DNA from: Thecamonas trahens ATCC 50062
Taxonomy: Eukaryota > Protista > Apusomonadida
Reading direction: 5' to 3'
Assembly (NCBI RefSeq): GCF_000142905.1
Contig: NW_013657676.1
Location: forward strand, 310,001 to 374,000
Length of the DNA: 64,000 nucleotides
Part shown: positions 63,365 through 64,000 of the stretch, in pieces
How the letters are laid out: each line of letters starts with the position of its first letter
Position numbering within the stretch: the first letter of the stretch is position 1
Notes under the pieces: model-generated
The model's input: the letters and a program-made list of their open reading frames with translations, nothing else
What the model was told of the DNA's origin: nothing
Database searches by the model: none
Program-made: the position numbers and the translations under genes

Positions 63365-64000
63365 ATGGCAACCGCCCCCTCGGCCGCTCCGGCCGCGCCC
63401 CCTGCGCAGCAGACGCAGGTGGTGTGGGCGAGGATGGCGTCGTGGCCGGCATGGCCCGCTCTCCGGCTCGACGCTGTGGACGAGAACACGAACAGCGGCG
63501 AGGAGAGCAAGTGGCGGTGCGCGTTCTTTGGCTCGTACGACAACGCTGTCATCACCTCGCGCAACATCAAGCCCTTTGCCGCCACCGACGATGTCTTTGG
63601 CCCGGCGTCGGCGTCGACGTCCAAGTCCAAGAAGAAGCCGCGGAAGCGCAAGAAGCTGCTCAAGGCCCTGCGCGAGGCCAAGGAGTTCCTTGCATCGGGC
63701 ATTGTTCCACAAGTCATGAAGGTCCGCTACTTTCCTGAGCCGTCGCCGCCGCCTGCGTCCGCAACCGGTACGTCCGGCAGCAGCGGCCCCGAGTCGCTCG
63801 CAACCGGTGACGACGACAAGCCGGCCGAGAACGCGACAGAACCGGCCTTTACCCGATCCAAGGAAGACATGGAAGGCTTTGAACGCCGTCGCGCGTTCCG
63901 GCTCAAGATCATGAGTCGTCTCGGCCTCTCGGCCGTTGAAGAGGTGGTCGAGGGCGACTGGTGCTCGGATCTCATCCGCAAGCCGGGCCTCTCGGCCAAC
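63365..64000 (+). CDS. PWWP-domain chromatin protein (3' end runs off the window; absent from the ORF track)
   Basis: VVWARMASWPAWPA...CAFFGSYD...IKPF, then KSKKKPRKRKK NLS and KALREAKEF helix; no stop to the window end. Confidence 0.8.
   Translation, partial: MATAPSAAPAAPPAQQTQVVWARMASWPAWPALRLDAVDENTNSGEESKWRCAFFGSYDNAVITSRNIKPFAATDDVFGPASASTSKSKKKPRKRKKLLKALREAKEFLASGIVPQVMKVRYFPEPSPPPASATGTSGSSGPESLATGDDDKPAENATEPAFTRSKEDMEGFERRRAFRLKIMSRLGLSAVEEVVEGDWCSDLIRKPGLSAN

Noticed and set aside
1-64000. Hundreds of long alternative-frame and antisense ORFs in the track
   Set aside because: Expected shadows of GC-rich coding DNA; they are R/P/A/S-rich, carry no motifs and overlap well-supported genes.

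Overview
Very GC-rich, gene-dense, intron-poor eukaryotic DNA from a draft assembly with eight N-gaps, most flanked by poly-G/C tracts. The style suggests a free-living protist such as the apusomonad Thecamonas, but this is inference only. About 27 protein-coding genes can be read: RNASEH2B, a GNAT acetyltransferase, DIS3L, WDR6, SCO1, an OLE1-type delta-9 desaturase-cytochrome b5 fusion, two ankyrin proteins, Piezo, SAR1, NOP9, WDR53-like, hyccin, PAN3, a giant multi-C2/tandem class III cyclase protein, a five-DCX-domain protein, exportin-7, NASP, a CRT-like transporter, ILRUN-like, an NHL-repeat membrane protein, a MAP3K, a PWWP protein and several orphans. No tRNA, rRNA, CRISPR array or mobile element was found. 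Main points of interest: (1) a 2180-aa protein with a complementary, inverted-order pair of bacterial-style nucleotide cyclase domains among about 7 C2 domains, apparently inserted into a C2 loop; (2) a Piezo with EGF-like and PSI-like cysteine modules in its loops; (3) at least five frame breaks in conserved genes that all need one extra base, most likely homopolymer under-calls but testable for recoding or editing; (4) extremely tight or overlapping convergent gene ends; (5) a GC-AG intron in NOP9. All family calls come from motif recognition by eye; no searches were run.
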